64,000 nucleotides of DNA from Alphaproteobacteria bacterium (GTDB lineage Bacteria; Pseudomonadota; Alphaproteobacteria; UBA828). The DNA lies in NCBI GenBank assembly GCA_965214705.1, contig CBDCCI010000002.1, positions 1,568,001 to 1,632,000 of the forward strand, written 5' to 3'. The position numbers and the translations under genes were made by a program. Numbering within the stretch: the first letter of the stretch is position 1; each line of letters starts with the position of its first letter. Positions 1 through 9,229 of this stretch are shown in pieces. Under the pieces are notes generated by a model that saw only the letters and a list, made by a program, of their open reading frames with translations, searched no databases and was not told the DNA's origin.

Positions 1-82
1 GTGCAGGGGATGGAGCGCCTGGATGCGGGCCGCGCCCGTGCGAAGCGCGCCCACCACCCGATCGAATTGCTGGCCAAGAGCT

Positions 83-514
83 ATGGCATCGACGCCTGAC
101 CGCGCGCTCGACGCGCACGCGACCGAGACACTGGCCGCGATGGCGCGCGTGCTCTATCCCCACGACTTCCTGGACGACTCACCCTATCGCCAGGTGGTCG
201 ACATCGTGGCCGGGGAGGCGGATGCCGCGCAGCGCACGCTGCTGGCAGAGGGCGTCGCGGTACTGGATGGGGCCTCGGACCGTCCGTTCCTCACGCTCGC
301 GGAGGGGGAGCGGCTCGCGGCAGTCCAGGCGATCGAGCGCACTCCCTTTTTCGAGACCATGCGCGCGGCCACGGCGCGCCACCTCTATTCCAATCCGGCA
401 GTGTGGCCCCACTTCGGCTATGAGGGGCCGTCCCACCATCGCGGCGGTTACATCGATCGCGGCTTCGACGATATCGACTGGATTTCCGAAGAGGACGTGA
501 GGGTGGACGAATGA
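83..514 (+). CDS. Gluconate-2-dehydrogenase subunit-3-like partner of GMC oxidoreductase
   Basis: C-terminal LYSNPAVWPHFGYEG..GGYIDRGFDDIDW motif; stop overlaps the GMC start (ATGA). Start uncertain because the frame is open to the window edge. Confidence 0.7.
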   Translation: MASTPDRALDAHATETLAAMARVLYPHDFLDDSPYRQVVDIVAGEADAAQRTLLAEGVAVLDGASDRPFLTLAEGERLAAVQAIERTPFFETMRAATARHLYSNPAVWPHFGYEGPSHHRGGYIDRGFDDIDWISEEDVRVDE

Positions 515-2115
515 TTGCGCCTCACCGCGACGACGACGATATCCCTGCCGTCACCTACGACCTGGACGACGACAGCGTCGTCGTGATCATCGGCTCCGGC
601 GCCGGTGGCGGCACCATGGCCGATGAGCTGACCCGGCGGGGCATCGACGTGGTTCTGCTGGAGGCCGGCCCGCGCTTCAAGACGAGCGACTTCGTCAACG
701 ACGAGTGGGCGATGAACGACCTTCTCACCTGGAAGGACAAGCGCGACTGCACCGGCGGCGCGCCCGTCGCCCGTGACTACCCCACTGCGCCCACCTGGAC
801 CTGCAAGGCCCTGGGCGGCACCACTCTCCACTGGACTTCCATGTGCCCGCGTCCCGAGGACTACGAGTTCAAGGTACGCACGACTTACAGCGACATGGAC
901 GGCGCCGCCTTGGAGGACTGGCCGCTCGACAATGAGGAGATGGAGCCCTTCTACCGCGAGGCCGAGATCAAGATGGGCGTCACCGGGCGGAACGGGATCC
1001 CGTTTCACCGATCCTCCAACGCAGTCCGGGTCATGTCCCTCGGCGCGAAGCGCATGGGCTACCGAGACTTCGGCCCCAACAACTTGGCGGTCAACCCGCT
1101 GCCCCGCGACGGCCGCAACGCTTGCGACCAGATCGGCTTCTGCATTCAGGGCTGCCGCTCCGGCGGCAAGTGGTCCACCTTCGTCTCCGAGCTGCCGCGC
1201 GCCGAAGCCACGGGGCGCTGCGAGATTCGCACCCGCTGCATGGTGCTCCGCATCGAGCATGACGAGCGCGGCCGCATCAGCGGCGTCCTCTACGCCGACG
1301 CCGTGGGAGACCATCACTTCCAGAAGGCGCGGCTGGTCTGCGTCGCGGCAAATTCGATCGAGACCACGCGGCTGCTGCTCAACTCCGAGTCAAGCGCGTG
1401 GCCCGACGGGCTCGCCAACTGCTCGGGCATGCTCGGCAAGCACTACATGCGCCACGTGACCGCCTACATGTACGCCGAGTTCCCAAGGCCGGTGCGCATG
1501 TACCGCGGCCTGGTCGCCGCGGGGGTCATTCGCGACGAAGCCCGGCTCGATACCACACGCGGCTTTGCCGGCGGCTACTACTATGGCTCCATCGGCCTCG
1601 GCCTGCCTTTCTACGCGGCGTTCCTGAGTCCGGGGCGCTGGGGCGCCGACTACGCGAGCTGGATCGAGGCCTATGAGCGCGTCGCGGGCCTGTTCGTGAA
1701 CGGCGAGGACATGCCCATCGCCACCAACCGGGTGACGCTCCATCCCACCGAGAAGGACCAGCACGGGCTGCCGATCCCCCGTCTCAACCTCGACGATCAT
1801 CCTAACGATCTGGCGATGAAGCGCCACGCCTACCGCAACGGGATCGCCATGTTGGAGGCGGCCGGCGCGCTCCGCGTCTTCTGCTCGCCGCCGCTGCCTG
1901 TCTCCCACAATCTCGGCACCTGCCGCATGAGCGAGGATCCCGACGCCGGCGTGGTCGACCGCTGGGGCCGGAGCCACGAGATCCCCAACCTCTTCATCTC
2001 CGACGGCAGCCAGTTCACCTCGTCGCTGGCGGGCAATCCCACGCTCACCATCGTCACCCTCGCCATCCGCCAGGCGGGCTACATCGCCCGACAGATGAGC
2101 CGCGGCGAGCTCTGA
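511..2115 (+). CDS. GMC family FAD oxidoreductase
   Basis: IIGSGAGGG Rossmann motif, CDQIGFCIQGC Cys cluster, HNLGTCRM, GNPTLTI. Confidence 0.92.
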   Translation: MIAPHRDDDDIPAVTYDLDDDSVVVIIGSGAGGGTMADELTRRGIDVVLLEAGPRFKTSDFVNDEWAMNDLLTWKDKRDCTGGAPVARDYPTAPTWTCKALGGTTLHWTSMCPRPEDYEFKVRTTYSDMDGAALEDWPLDNEEMEPFYREAEIKMGVTGRNGIPFHRSSNAVRVMSLGAKRMGYRDFGPNNLAVNPLPRDGRNACDQIGFCIQGCRSGGKWSTFVSELPRAEATGRCEIRTRCMVLRIEHDERGRISGVLYADAVGDHHFQKARLVCVAANSIETTRLLLNSESSAWPDGLANCSGMLGKHYMRHVTAYMYAEFPRPVRMYRGLVAAGVIRDEARLDTTRGFAGGYYYGSIGLGLPFYAAFLSPGRWGADYASWIEAYERVAGLFVNGEDMPIATNRVTLHPTEKDQHGLPIPRLNLDDHPNDLAMKRHAYRNGIAMLEAAGALRVFCSPPLPVSHNLGTCRMSEDPDAGVVDRWGRSHEIPNLFISDGSQFTSSLAGNPTLTIVTLAIRQAGYIARQMSRGEL

Positions 2116-2189
2116 TCTGCCGCCCCCGGTCCGGTTTCGCCTATCGAGCGATCCCGGCACCCGAGCCAGACGAATCATGGGAGGAAGAC

Positions 2190-2588
2190 ATGGCAACTCT
2201 GCCGATGGTCGACTACGACGACGCTCCGCCGGAGGTCCGCGCGGTCTACGACGACATCATGGAGACCCGCAAGACCGACTGGATCAACAACTTCTGGAAG
2301 GTGCTGGCCAACGATCCGCCGACTCTCGCGCGCACCTGGAACAGCATCAAGGAGGTGATGGCGCCCGGCGCCCTCGATCCGCTCACCAAGGAGCTGATCT
2401 ACGTCGCGGTGAGTGCCACCAACGGCTGCGAGTACTGCATCCGCTCCCACACCGCAGGTGCGCGGCGGCAGGGGATGACCGATGCCATGCTGGCCGAGCT
2501 GATGGCGGTGGTGGGCATGGCGAACGAAACCAACGCGCTCGCCAACGGCTACGCCGTCGACGTCGACGCGGCGTTTCTGAAGAAGTAG
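2190..2588 (+). CDS. Carboxymuconolactone decarboxylase/AhpD family protein
   Basis: KELIYVAVSATNGCEYCIRSH (CxxC-x3-H); RBS GGAGG. Confidence 0.88.
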   Translation: MATLPMVDYDDAPPEVRAVYDDIMETRKTDWINNFWKVLANDPPTLARTWNSIKEVMAPGALDPLTKELIYVAVSATNGCEYCIRSHTAGARRQGMTDAMLAELMAVVGMANETNALANGYAVDVDAAFLKK

Positions 2589-2672
2589 GAGGAGCGGCGC
2601 CTGCGCACCCTGCCCACATCCCCACGGGCGCAGCAGCAACAGGAAGATCGATTCAAGAGGATTCTGGCGGCC

Positions 2673-2890
2673 TGAACATCAACCCGAATACACCTCAGCC
2701 CAGCCGTCAGGCTGTCCGAAAAGGCGAGGCCACCTCACTCTTTCTCAGGCTGCCATCCCCGAGTGGTGCGCCCGACGCGGTTGAACATCAACCCGAATAC
2801 ACCTCAGCCCAGCCGTCAGGCTGTCCGAAAAGGCGAGGCCACCTCACTCTTTCTCAGGCTGCCATCCCCGAGTGGTGCGCCCGACGCGGT
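2673..2890. repeat. Perfect 109-bp tandem duplication (2673-2781, 2782-2890)
   Basis: TGAACATCAACCCG...CCCGACGCGGT occurs twice head to tail, with no differences seen. Confidence 0.95.
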
Positions 2891-3160
2891 TAGCGCCGGG
2901 TTCATTCCTGGTTGTTGATATATTGGAAACGACGGTGAACAATTGCTCGATTGTTGAATAATTCGGAATTGAACTTCTCATAAAATCGCTTGTCCTGTTG
3001 CCATCCGATCATGCACCAATTGTCCGCTGTGCGCATACGATCCGATGCCTCCATGTTCGAGCGGCTTGGGCACCCCACAGAGCTTGCATCAATTCCGTTG
3101 CCGACGACTTCACGGGTTCTTCCGGGTGGCGTGATTTCGGCTGGGGCGGGCGCAGGGTAG

Positions 3161-3891
3161 TTGCCGATGCCTTCCAGGTACCGCGATATCGCCTTTGGTC
3201 CCGTAAGCACCCGGGTGAGTCGAGCCGTGGGCCGTTTCTTCGTCGGCACCCGCGCGGGGGCCACATCCATCGTTACGGCAGCGGTCGCGGTGATGTCGGT
3301 CGCAGGCTTTGCGTTTGTCACCGACCACATCTGGCTGATCGATCAGCGCGACGTGCTCAAGAACGCCGCCGATGCAGCTGCGATCGCTGCCACGCAGGAG
3401 ATGAATCGCCGGCTTATCCCCACTCCGGACATGAGCGAGGACGATCTGAAGACTGCCATTGCCCCCGTGGCGGAAAACTACATCAAGCTGAATCTCGCCT
3501 ATCTGCCGACTGACCGTCTCACCCGAGCCGAAGAGACGCTCACGGTGGCCGTCACGCCCGATCGCAACCTGGGCACGGTGGATGTGGCGACGACGGCGGA
3601 CCTCGGCGGCACGCTGTTCTCCCGGCATCTGCCGATCCTCAGCAACTACAAAGGGCCTGCAAAGGTCGGCATCCGTGCCGGCGTCGAGACCAGGGTGACA
3701 CCCGTCGAGGCCGTGCTCGCCATCGACGTGAGCATATCCATGCTAGCCAAGCTGGACGGAGGATTTCCGGACAAGGATATGAATGAGAAGAGCCGCATGG
3801 ACATCGTCAAGGACGCGGCCAAGGCACTCGTCAACATCCTCCGGCCCAACGAGCACAACCGCGTCGCGATCGGCGTCGTGCCGTGGCACTT
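3161..3891 (+). pseudogene. TadG-like pilus/adhesin protein with vWA domain, 5' part (interrupted)
   Basis: N-terminal TM followed by LKNAADAAAIAA Tad motif; MIDAS AIDVSISM; breaks at IGVVPWH at the element junction. Confidence 0.85.
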
Positions 3892-4120
3892 GAACGAAGC
3901 CGCTACGCGGAGTTAGCGGCGTAGAGTTCATTCATTTCCGAGGCGTCGCGGGTGCCGTTTGTTCTGTGCGTTCGCTTCCCGGTTGCGTCAGTGGCGCTCC
4001 GCCCGTCGGGTGGCGGATCCCCAGCAGCCTCCCGATCACCAGTGGTTAGCATCGACCCCTGCGACGGACCGTCGCCGGATCGGTCCGGCGGCGCGCCGTC
4101 GCGATCCAGGGAGATCGATA

Positions 4121-4999
4121 ATGACCGGGACCGCGTGCGACACGAACACCGTCACCCCTCTTCGCCAGCGCATGGAGGAGCAGCTCCGCATCGCCAATCT
4201 GGCCGCGAGCACGTCCAAGGCCTACATCTGCGAGATCAAGAACCTGGCCAGGTACTACGACGCCTCGCCGGACGAGCTCGACGCCGAGCAGGTGCGCCAG
4301 TGGTACCTGGGGCGGATCGACAAGGGGCTCAGTCCGGGCACGACCAACGTCTCCTTCGCCGCGCTGAACTTCCTCTACATCGACACACTCGGCTGGCCTG
4401 ACCATGTCGCCGGCCTGCGCTCCCGCAAGAAGCCCGGCAAGCTGCCGCGCTACATGTCGGAGCAGGAGGTCGAGCACCTCATCCTTGCGACACCCGACCT
4501 CCGCCACCGTGCTGCCATTGTCACCGGCTATGGCGGCGGGCTCCGCATCTCCGAGACCTTGGCCATCAAGGTCGGCGACATCCTGTCGGAGAAGAAGCTG
4601 CTGCACATCCCCTCCGGCAAAGGCGGCACCGAGAGAATGGCACCGTTGCCGGACATCGTCATCCACTACTTGCGCGTCTACTACAGGAACATCTGGCCGC
4701 GTCCGACGAGCTGGCTCTTCTACGGCGTCTCGCTCGACAGGCCCATCGCAACGGAGACCTTGCAGGCCGCCTTCAGGAGGGCGCGCGACATTGCCGAGCT
4801 CGACCGCAGCTACACCTTCCATTGCCTGCGCCATTCGGCGGCGACCCATCTCCTCGAGCGCGGCGGCGATATCGAGGTGATCCGGGACATGCTCGGCCAT
4901 CGAAGCGCGAACACGACCCGTCACTACGCCCGCGTCACCGGCAAGATGTTCGAGGGCCTCGACCACCCGATCTCAGGCTTCGCAGCGTTGCGCAACTGA
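4121..4999 (+). CDS. Tyrosine recombinase with N-terminal SAM-like domain
   Basis: GLRISE (R), SGKGG (K), HCLRH, LGH, TRHY (Y); ATG at 4121 after RBS GGAGA. Confidence 0.93.
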   Translation: MTGTACDTNTVTPLRQRMEEQLRIANLAASTSKAYICEIKNLARYYDASPDELDAEQVRQWYLGRIDKGLSPGTTNVSFAALNFLYIDTLGWPDHVAGLRSRKKPGKLPRYMSEQEVEHLILATPDLRHRAAIVTGYGGGLRISETLAIKVGDILSEKKLLHIPSGKGGTERMAPLPDIVIHYLRVYYRNIWPRPTSWLFYGVSLDRPIATETLQAAFRRARDIAELDRSYTFHCLRHSAATHLLERGGDIEVIRDMLGHRSANTTRHYARVTGKMFEGLDHPISGFAALRN

Positions 5000-5005
5000 C
5001 GGCGC

Positions 5006-6247
5006 GTGGAGGCCGAACGCGCGGGCGTGGCGGAGATCTTCCGCCGCGCCGGCGCCGCTTTCCGTGAGCGCCACAAAGGGCGCATCGACGCCGCCCGGCT
5101 CAAGGTCATGGGCGCCATCGAGGCGTGCCGCACCGCCGTGCTCGGCGGCCACATGTACGCCTGCGAGGGCTGCGGGCGCGAGCATCCGCTCTTCAACTCC
5201 TGCCGCAACCGCCACTGCCCCACCTGCCAGGGTCTCGCCGCCAACCTCTGGAGCGAGGAGCGCGCCGGGGACATCCTGCCGGTGCCCTACTTCCATGTGG
5301 TCTTCACCCTGCCCAAGGAGGTTGCCGCCATTGCCTTCTGCAACCGCAGGGTGGTGTTCGACATCCTCTTCCGGGCCGTCGCCGAGACCCTGCGCACCAT
5401 CGCCGCCGATCCCCGCCACGGCGGCATGCGCATCGGCGGCACCGCGGTCCTCCATACCTGGGATCAGAAGCTCCGCTTCCACCCGCACCTGCACGTGGTC
5501 GTGCCCAACGCGGGCTTCGACGTAGACAGTGGCGAGTGGAAGACGGGGAGCACCACCTTCCTCGCCCCCGTCAAGGTCCTCGGCAGCCTGTTCCGCCGCC
5601 TCTTCCTCGAGGAGCTCGCCCGCGCCCACGGCCGGGGGGACCTGGAGTTCCACGGCACCGTCGCCCACCTCGCCAATCCCGGCGAGTTCCACGCCACGCT
5701 TGCCGCCGCCCGGGCCAGGGACTGGGTGGTCTACGCCAAGCGGCCCTTCCGCGGGCCTGAGCAGGTCTTCCGGTACCTCTCGCACTACACGCACAGGATC
5801 GCCATCTCCGACAGCCGCATCGTCTCCTTCGACGGCGAGACGGTCTCCTTCCGCCACCGAAAGCCCAAGGCGCCGGGGCAGAGAAAGCCGCGCTACGGCA
5901 TCGCCACCGTGAGCGCCGACGAGTTCATCCGCCGCTTCCTGAGGCACGTCCTGCCGGACGGCATGCACCGCATTCGCTACTTCGGCATCCTCGCCAACGG
6001 CTGCCGCGCCAGCACGCTGGAGAGAGCACGCCAGGCTCTCGGCGCCCTCGGCTGCGCCGCCCCCGAGGGAAGCGTGGACGGCGCTCGGGCCGAGCCCGAC
6101 GAAGAGCCCGAGATCGGCACCGCGCCCGTGGCCTGCCCCCACTGCGGCGGCGTCATGCGCCTCGTCCGCGAAATCCGCCGCCGCCATGAGCCCCGCTCGA
6201 CGCGCGGCCCGCCGGCGCTGCCGCCGACCCACAGGGGGAAACCGTGA
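5006..6247 (+). CDS. IS91-family rolling-circle transposase (Zn-binding + HUH/Y2)
   Basis: CEGC..SCRNRHCPTC, HVVFTLP, HPHLH (HUH), YLSHY (Y2), C-terminal CPHC. Confidence 0.93.
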   Translation: MEAERAGVAEIFRRAGAAFRERHKGRIDAARLKVMGAIEACRTAVLGGHMYACEGCGREHPLFNSCRNRHCPTCQGLAANLWSEERAGDILPVPYFHVVFTLPKEVAAIAFCNRRVVFDILFRAVAETLRTIAADPRHGGMRIGGTAVLHTWDQKLRFHPHLHVVVPNAGFDVDSGEWKTGSTTFLAPVKVLGSLFRRLFLEELARAHGRGDLEFHGTVAHLANPGEFHATLAAARARDWVVYAKRPFRGPEQVFRYLSHYTHRIAISDSRIVSFDGETVSFRHRKPKAPGQRKPRYGIATVSADEFIRRFLRHVLPDGMHRIRYFGILANGCRASTLERARQALGALGCAAPEGSVDGARAEPDEEPEIGTAPVACPHCGGVMRLVREIRRRHEPRSTRGPPALPPTHRGKP

Positions 6248-6509
6248 GACGCCCGCTCGCTTCGGCCCCGCGCAACGGCGCCAAAGCGCCGACGCACGAC
6301 CGAACCTGTCTCCGCTTGAGCCGGGCTGACAGCCCTCGGCTCACACCCCGCTCAGTCCTCGCAGCGTGCGCCCGCATGCCTGCCGAAAGACCGGCGCGAG
6401 CGTCGATTTTATGCGCAACTCTGCTGCCGGTGGATGCCGCCTGACGCTGACATCAGCGCACTTTCCACATAGCTCAACTTCGCCTCTCGTGGCCCGCGGC
6501 TTCGTTCAA

Positions 6510-6551
6510 AAGGGTTGGGCAGGCTCTCGAGAGAGAGCCTGCCCAACCCTT
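6510..6551. repeat. Perfect 19-bp stem / 4-nt loop hairpin at the element's right end
   Basis: AAGGGTTGGGCAGGCTCTC-gaga-GAGAGCCTGCCCAACCCTT; also present in copy 2 (40241-40282). Confidence 0.9.
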
Positions 6552-6557
6552 AACCTT

Positions 6558-7516
6558 TCACCGTGCGCCTTGCGGATGCGACGGCCACGGATTGGAGCAC
6601 CAAGCGCTGGGCGCGCTATCCGACAGAGCGAACCTACGGCGTGCCCTACGAATGCACTCCTTCGTTGAACACCTGCAAGCCGGACGCCATCAAGGCGGAA
6701 CTCCCGTCGTCTGCGCCGGAAGATTGGGACGGATGCCTCGACGGCCACCGCATGGGAGGCAGCGGAACCAGTGCAGCAAACCCCGCAGTGGCGGATCTCT
6801 TCACCACGCCGTCGGTCAATGCATTCTCTCAGGCGTACTATCCCTCCCTCTACGGGTTCCAATATGAGTGTTCTCCCTGGGACGCCATCGAAGACTACCC
6901 TTCCGATTTTTGGGACATGAGCTGCTACAATCCCTACGATCCCAACGACCTCCGTTCTGGCGATTATCGACCACAGTACGGTTGCGACGACACGGATCCG
7001 ACCATCCTTCCCTTGAGCACCGACCGCACCACCATCATCGGTGCCATAGACGGTCTCTCCGCCGACGGCTCGAAGACTTACTCCGCGCTCGGCGTGCTGT
7101 GGGGCCAACGCATGCTTCTGTCGTCGTGGCGGAGCGTGTGGGGAGGGACCGTTCATCCCGTGGACCCCGCCTCCGCCGACGGGAAGGGCGTCCGCAAGGT
7201 CATCGTTCTCCTCACCGACGGCTATGACTCCATCTGCGGTGACGATAATGTCGCCTGCACCGACAGCGCGATCGGCATATCGCGCACCGACGCGTGCACG
7301 CTGGCGAAGAACGCGGGGATCGAGATCTTTGTCGTGGCGGCCATGCACCCGGACTACGTCTCGACCGATTTCGGGACATCGCTGACCGAATGCTCCAGCG
7401 AATCCGACGACTCGGACGAAACTTACGCGTTTCTCAACAATGCGACCTCGGAGAGCCTTCAGACCGCGTTCGAGAGCATTGCGAACCAGTTGCGGGTCGT
7501 CCGGCGAACTCACTGA
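6558..7516 (+). pseudogene. TadG-like vWA protein, 3' part
   Basis: Same frame as the 3161 ORF; TYSALGVLWG, KVIVLLTDG, IEIFVV, LQTAFESIA are typical of a TadG vWA C-terminus. Confidence 0.85.
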
Positions 7517-7797
7517 CGTGCTCCGAAATCCCGCTTTCCTGGAATGCCCATGACCGGCCTCTGTGGGGCATCGCGCAGCGCGTTCGGGCGCCCGGACCAA
7601 TCAGCCATTGCTGTTGTTGGGCGCGCAATCTAGACCTAGCAGTAGCAAGAAGGTTCAAGAATTTGTGTTGCCGACAGGCGCACAACAACCGGGCTGAACA
7701 TCAGGCGGGAAATGGACCGTACCGGCATCAGCCCTTCATAGTCACCGGCGCGACTGCCCTCAGATAAGGCAAAGGCGTTCAGCCTCGGGAGTATTCA

Positions 7798-7998
7798 ATG
7801 GAAAACGACAATCTGCTTCTTTTTCTGCTGCAGCGCTTCCCCGGATTGAACGATGAGGAACTTTCCAGACTGTCCGGGTTGACGCCGACCCGGCGCGTCA
7901 AGCGAGTCTGCCGCGATCTGGAAAACCGCCAGCTTCTGGAGCGCAGAGCCGGGCACGAAGGCAAAATCGGAAACTATGTGCTCGGTTCCGAGTCGTAG
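7798..7998 (+). CDS. Small winged-helix-like protein
   Basis: 66 aa; PGLNDEELSRLSGL..VKRVCRDLENRQLLER has an HTH-like pattern; RBS GGGAG. Confidence 0.5.
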   Translation: MENDNLLLFLLQRFPGLNDEELSRLSGLTPTRRVKRVCRDLENRQLLERRAGHEGKIGNYVLGSES

Positions 7999-8273
7999 TT
8001 CGTTTCGGTCAGGTTGAGCGCGGTGACCGAAGCGCGGGAAGCTATACGCTGCGTCACCAGCGTTCCGAGACAAAGCTCCCTTGGATGGCTGGCTCTATGA
8101 GCCATTCCACGAGGTCGTGCGCCAGCGGCAATGAGTGTGCTCCCGACGGAGATTTGCCACACGCGACCACGGCGGCTGGCACCTCTTGGATTTCGCGCGC
8201 CTGCGCGGGCGCACCACTGAAGCGGCGGGCCGCGATCGCGGCTTGTCACGCATCCGTCAAAGACGGACGCGCT

Positions 8274-9152
8274 CTATCTAGAGGGACCGTCTGCCGGTGC
8301 GAGCGCGACCCCGAGCCGCCCGGCGAGGTCCTGCACGAACTGCCAGGCCACGCGGCCCGACCGGGCGCCGCGGGTCATGCTCCACTCGATGGCTTCTGCG
8401 TGCAGGGTCTCGCGCTCGACGGCGAGGCCAAAATGATCGGCATAGCCCTCGACCATGGCGAAGAACGTCGCCTGATCGCACGGATGGAAGCCTAGCCAGA
8501 GCCCGAAGCGGTCCGAGAGCGAGACCGACTCCTCCACCGCCTCGCCGGGGTGGATCGCGGTCGAGCGCTCGTTGTCGATCATGTCGCGCGGCATCAGATG
8601 GCGCCGGTTCGAGGTCGCGTAGAAGAGCACGTTGTCGGGCCGGCCGCTGATGCCGCCCTCCAGCGCCGCCTTGAGCGACTTGTAGGTGGTGTCCTCGGAT
8701 TCGAAGGAGAGGTCGTCGCAGAAGAGCAGGCACTGGTGCGCGCTGCCGCGCAGGCGCCCGAGGAGGACCGGCAGAGAGGAAATCTCTTCCCGGTGAATCT
8801 CGATGAGCTTGAGGCCGCTTGTGGCGTCCGCCGCCACCACGCCGTGCGCAGCCTTGATGAGCGAGCTCTTGCCCATGCCCCGCGCGCCCCAGAGCAGGGC
8901 GTTGTTGGCCGGCAGGCCGCGAGCGAAGCGTTGGGTGTTGTCGAGCAGGATATCGCGCACCCGGTCGATGCCCTTGAGCAGCGATAGCTCAAGCCGGTTG
9001 ATCCGGGGCACGGCCTCGAGACGCGCGCCATCGGCATGCCAGACGAACCCATCTGCCGAGTCGAGGCCCGCGTCCTCTACCCCGGCCGGCGAGAGACGCT
9101 CCAGCGCTTCCGCGACCCGCTTGAGGAGGGGCGCCAACTCAGAGTCCGACAT
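8274..9152 (-). CDS. AAA+ ATP-binding protein (DUF815 type)
   Basis: PANNALLWGARGMGKSS, FCDDLSF, YATSNRRHL, SLSDRFGLW. Confidence 0.9.
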   Translation of the reverse strand: MSDSELAPLLKRVAEALERLSPAGVEDAGLDSADGFVWHADGARLEAVPRINRLELSLLKGIDRVRDILLDNTQRFARGLPANNALLWGARGMGKSSLIKAAHGVVAADATSGLKLIEIHREEISSLPVLLGRLRGSAHQCLLFCDDLSFESEDTTYKSLKAALEGGISGRPDNVLFYATSNRRHLMPRDMIDNERSTAIHPGEAVEESVSLSDRFGLWLGFHPCDQATFFAMVEGYADHFGLAVERETLHAEAIEWSMTRGARSGRVAWQFVQDLAGRLGVALAPADGPSR

Positions 9153-9229
9153 GAGTGCACCGGCTGGTTGAAAGGCGCGCGGACCCTAGCCTGGATGACT
9201 CGCCACTGTCACGGCCTGCGTCGCGGCGC

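Larger units (their letters stand above)
3889..6557 (+). mobile_element. Tyrosine recombinase + IS91-family HUH/Y2 transposase element, copy 1 (uninterrupted)
   Basis: Ends defined by identity with the inverted copy at 40235-48531; CTT at both junctions; 14-bp IR TTGAACGAAGCCGC (3890-3903) / GCGGCTTCGTTCAA (6496-6509); terminal 19-bp hairpin. Confidence 0.92.

Noticed and set aside
2673-2890. CRISPR array or tandem glycine riboswitch
   Set aside because: No spacers or cas genes. The units are identical and lack the GGAGA element of glycine aptamers; the CCGAA/CTCAGG similarity is only partial.
4121-4999. Integron integrase with a cassette array
   Set aside because: About 292 aa with no obvious IntI-specific insertion, no attC-cassette array, and duplicated as a unit with the HUH gene.
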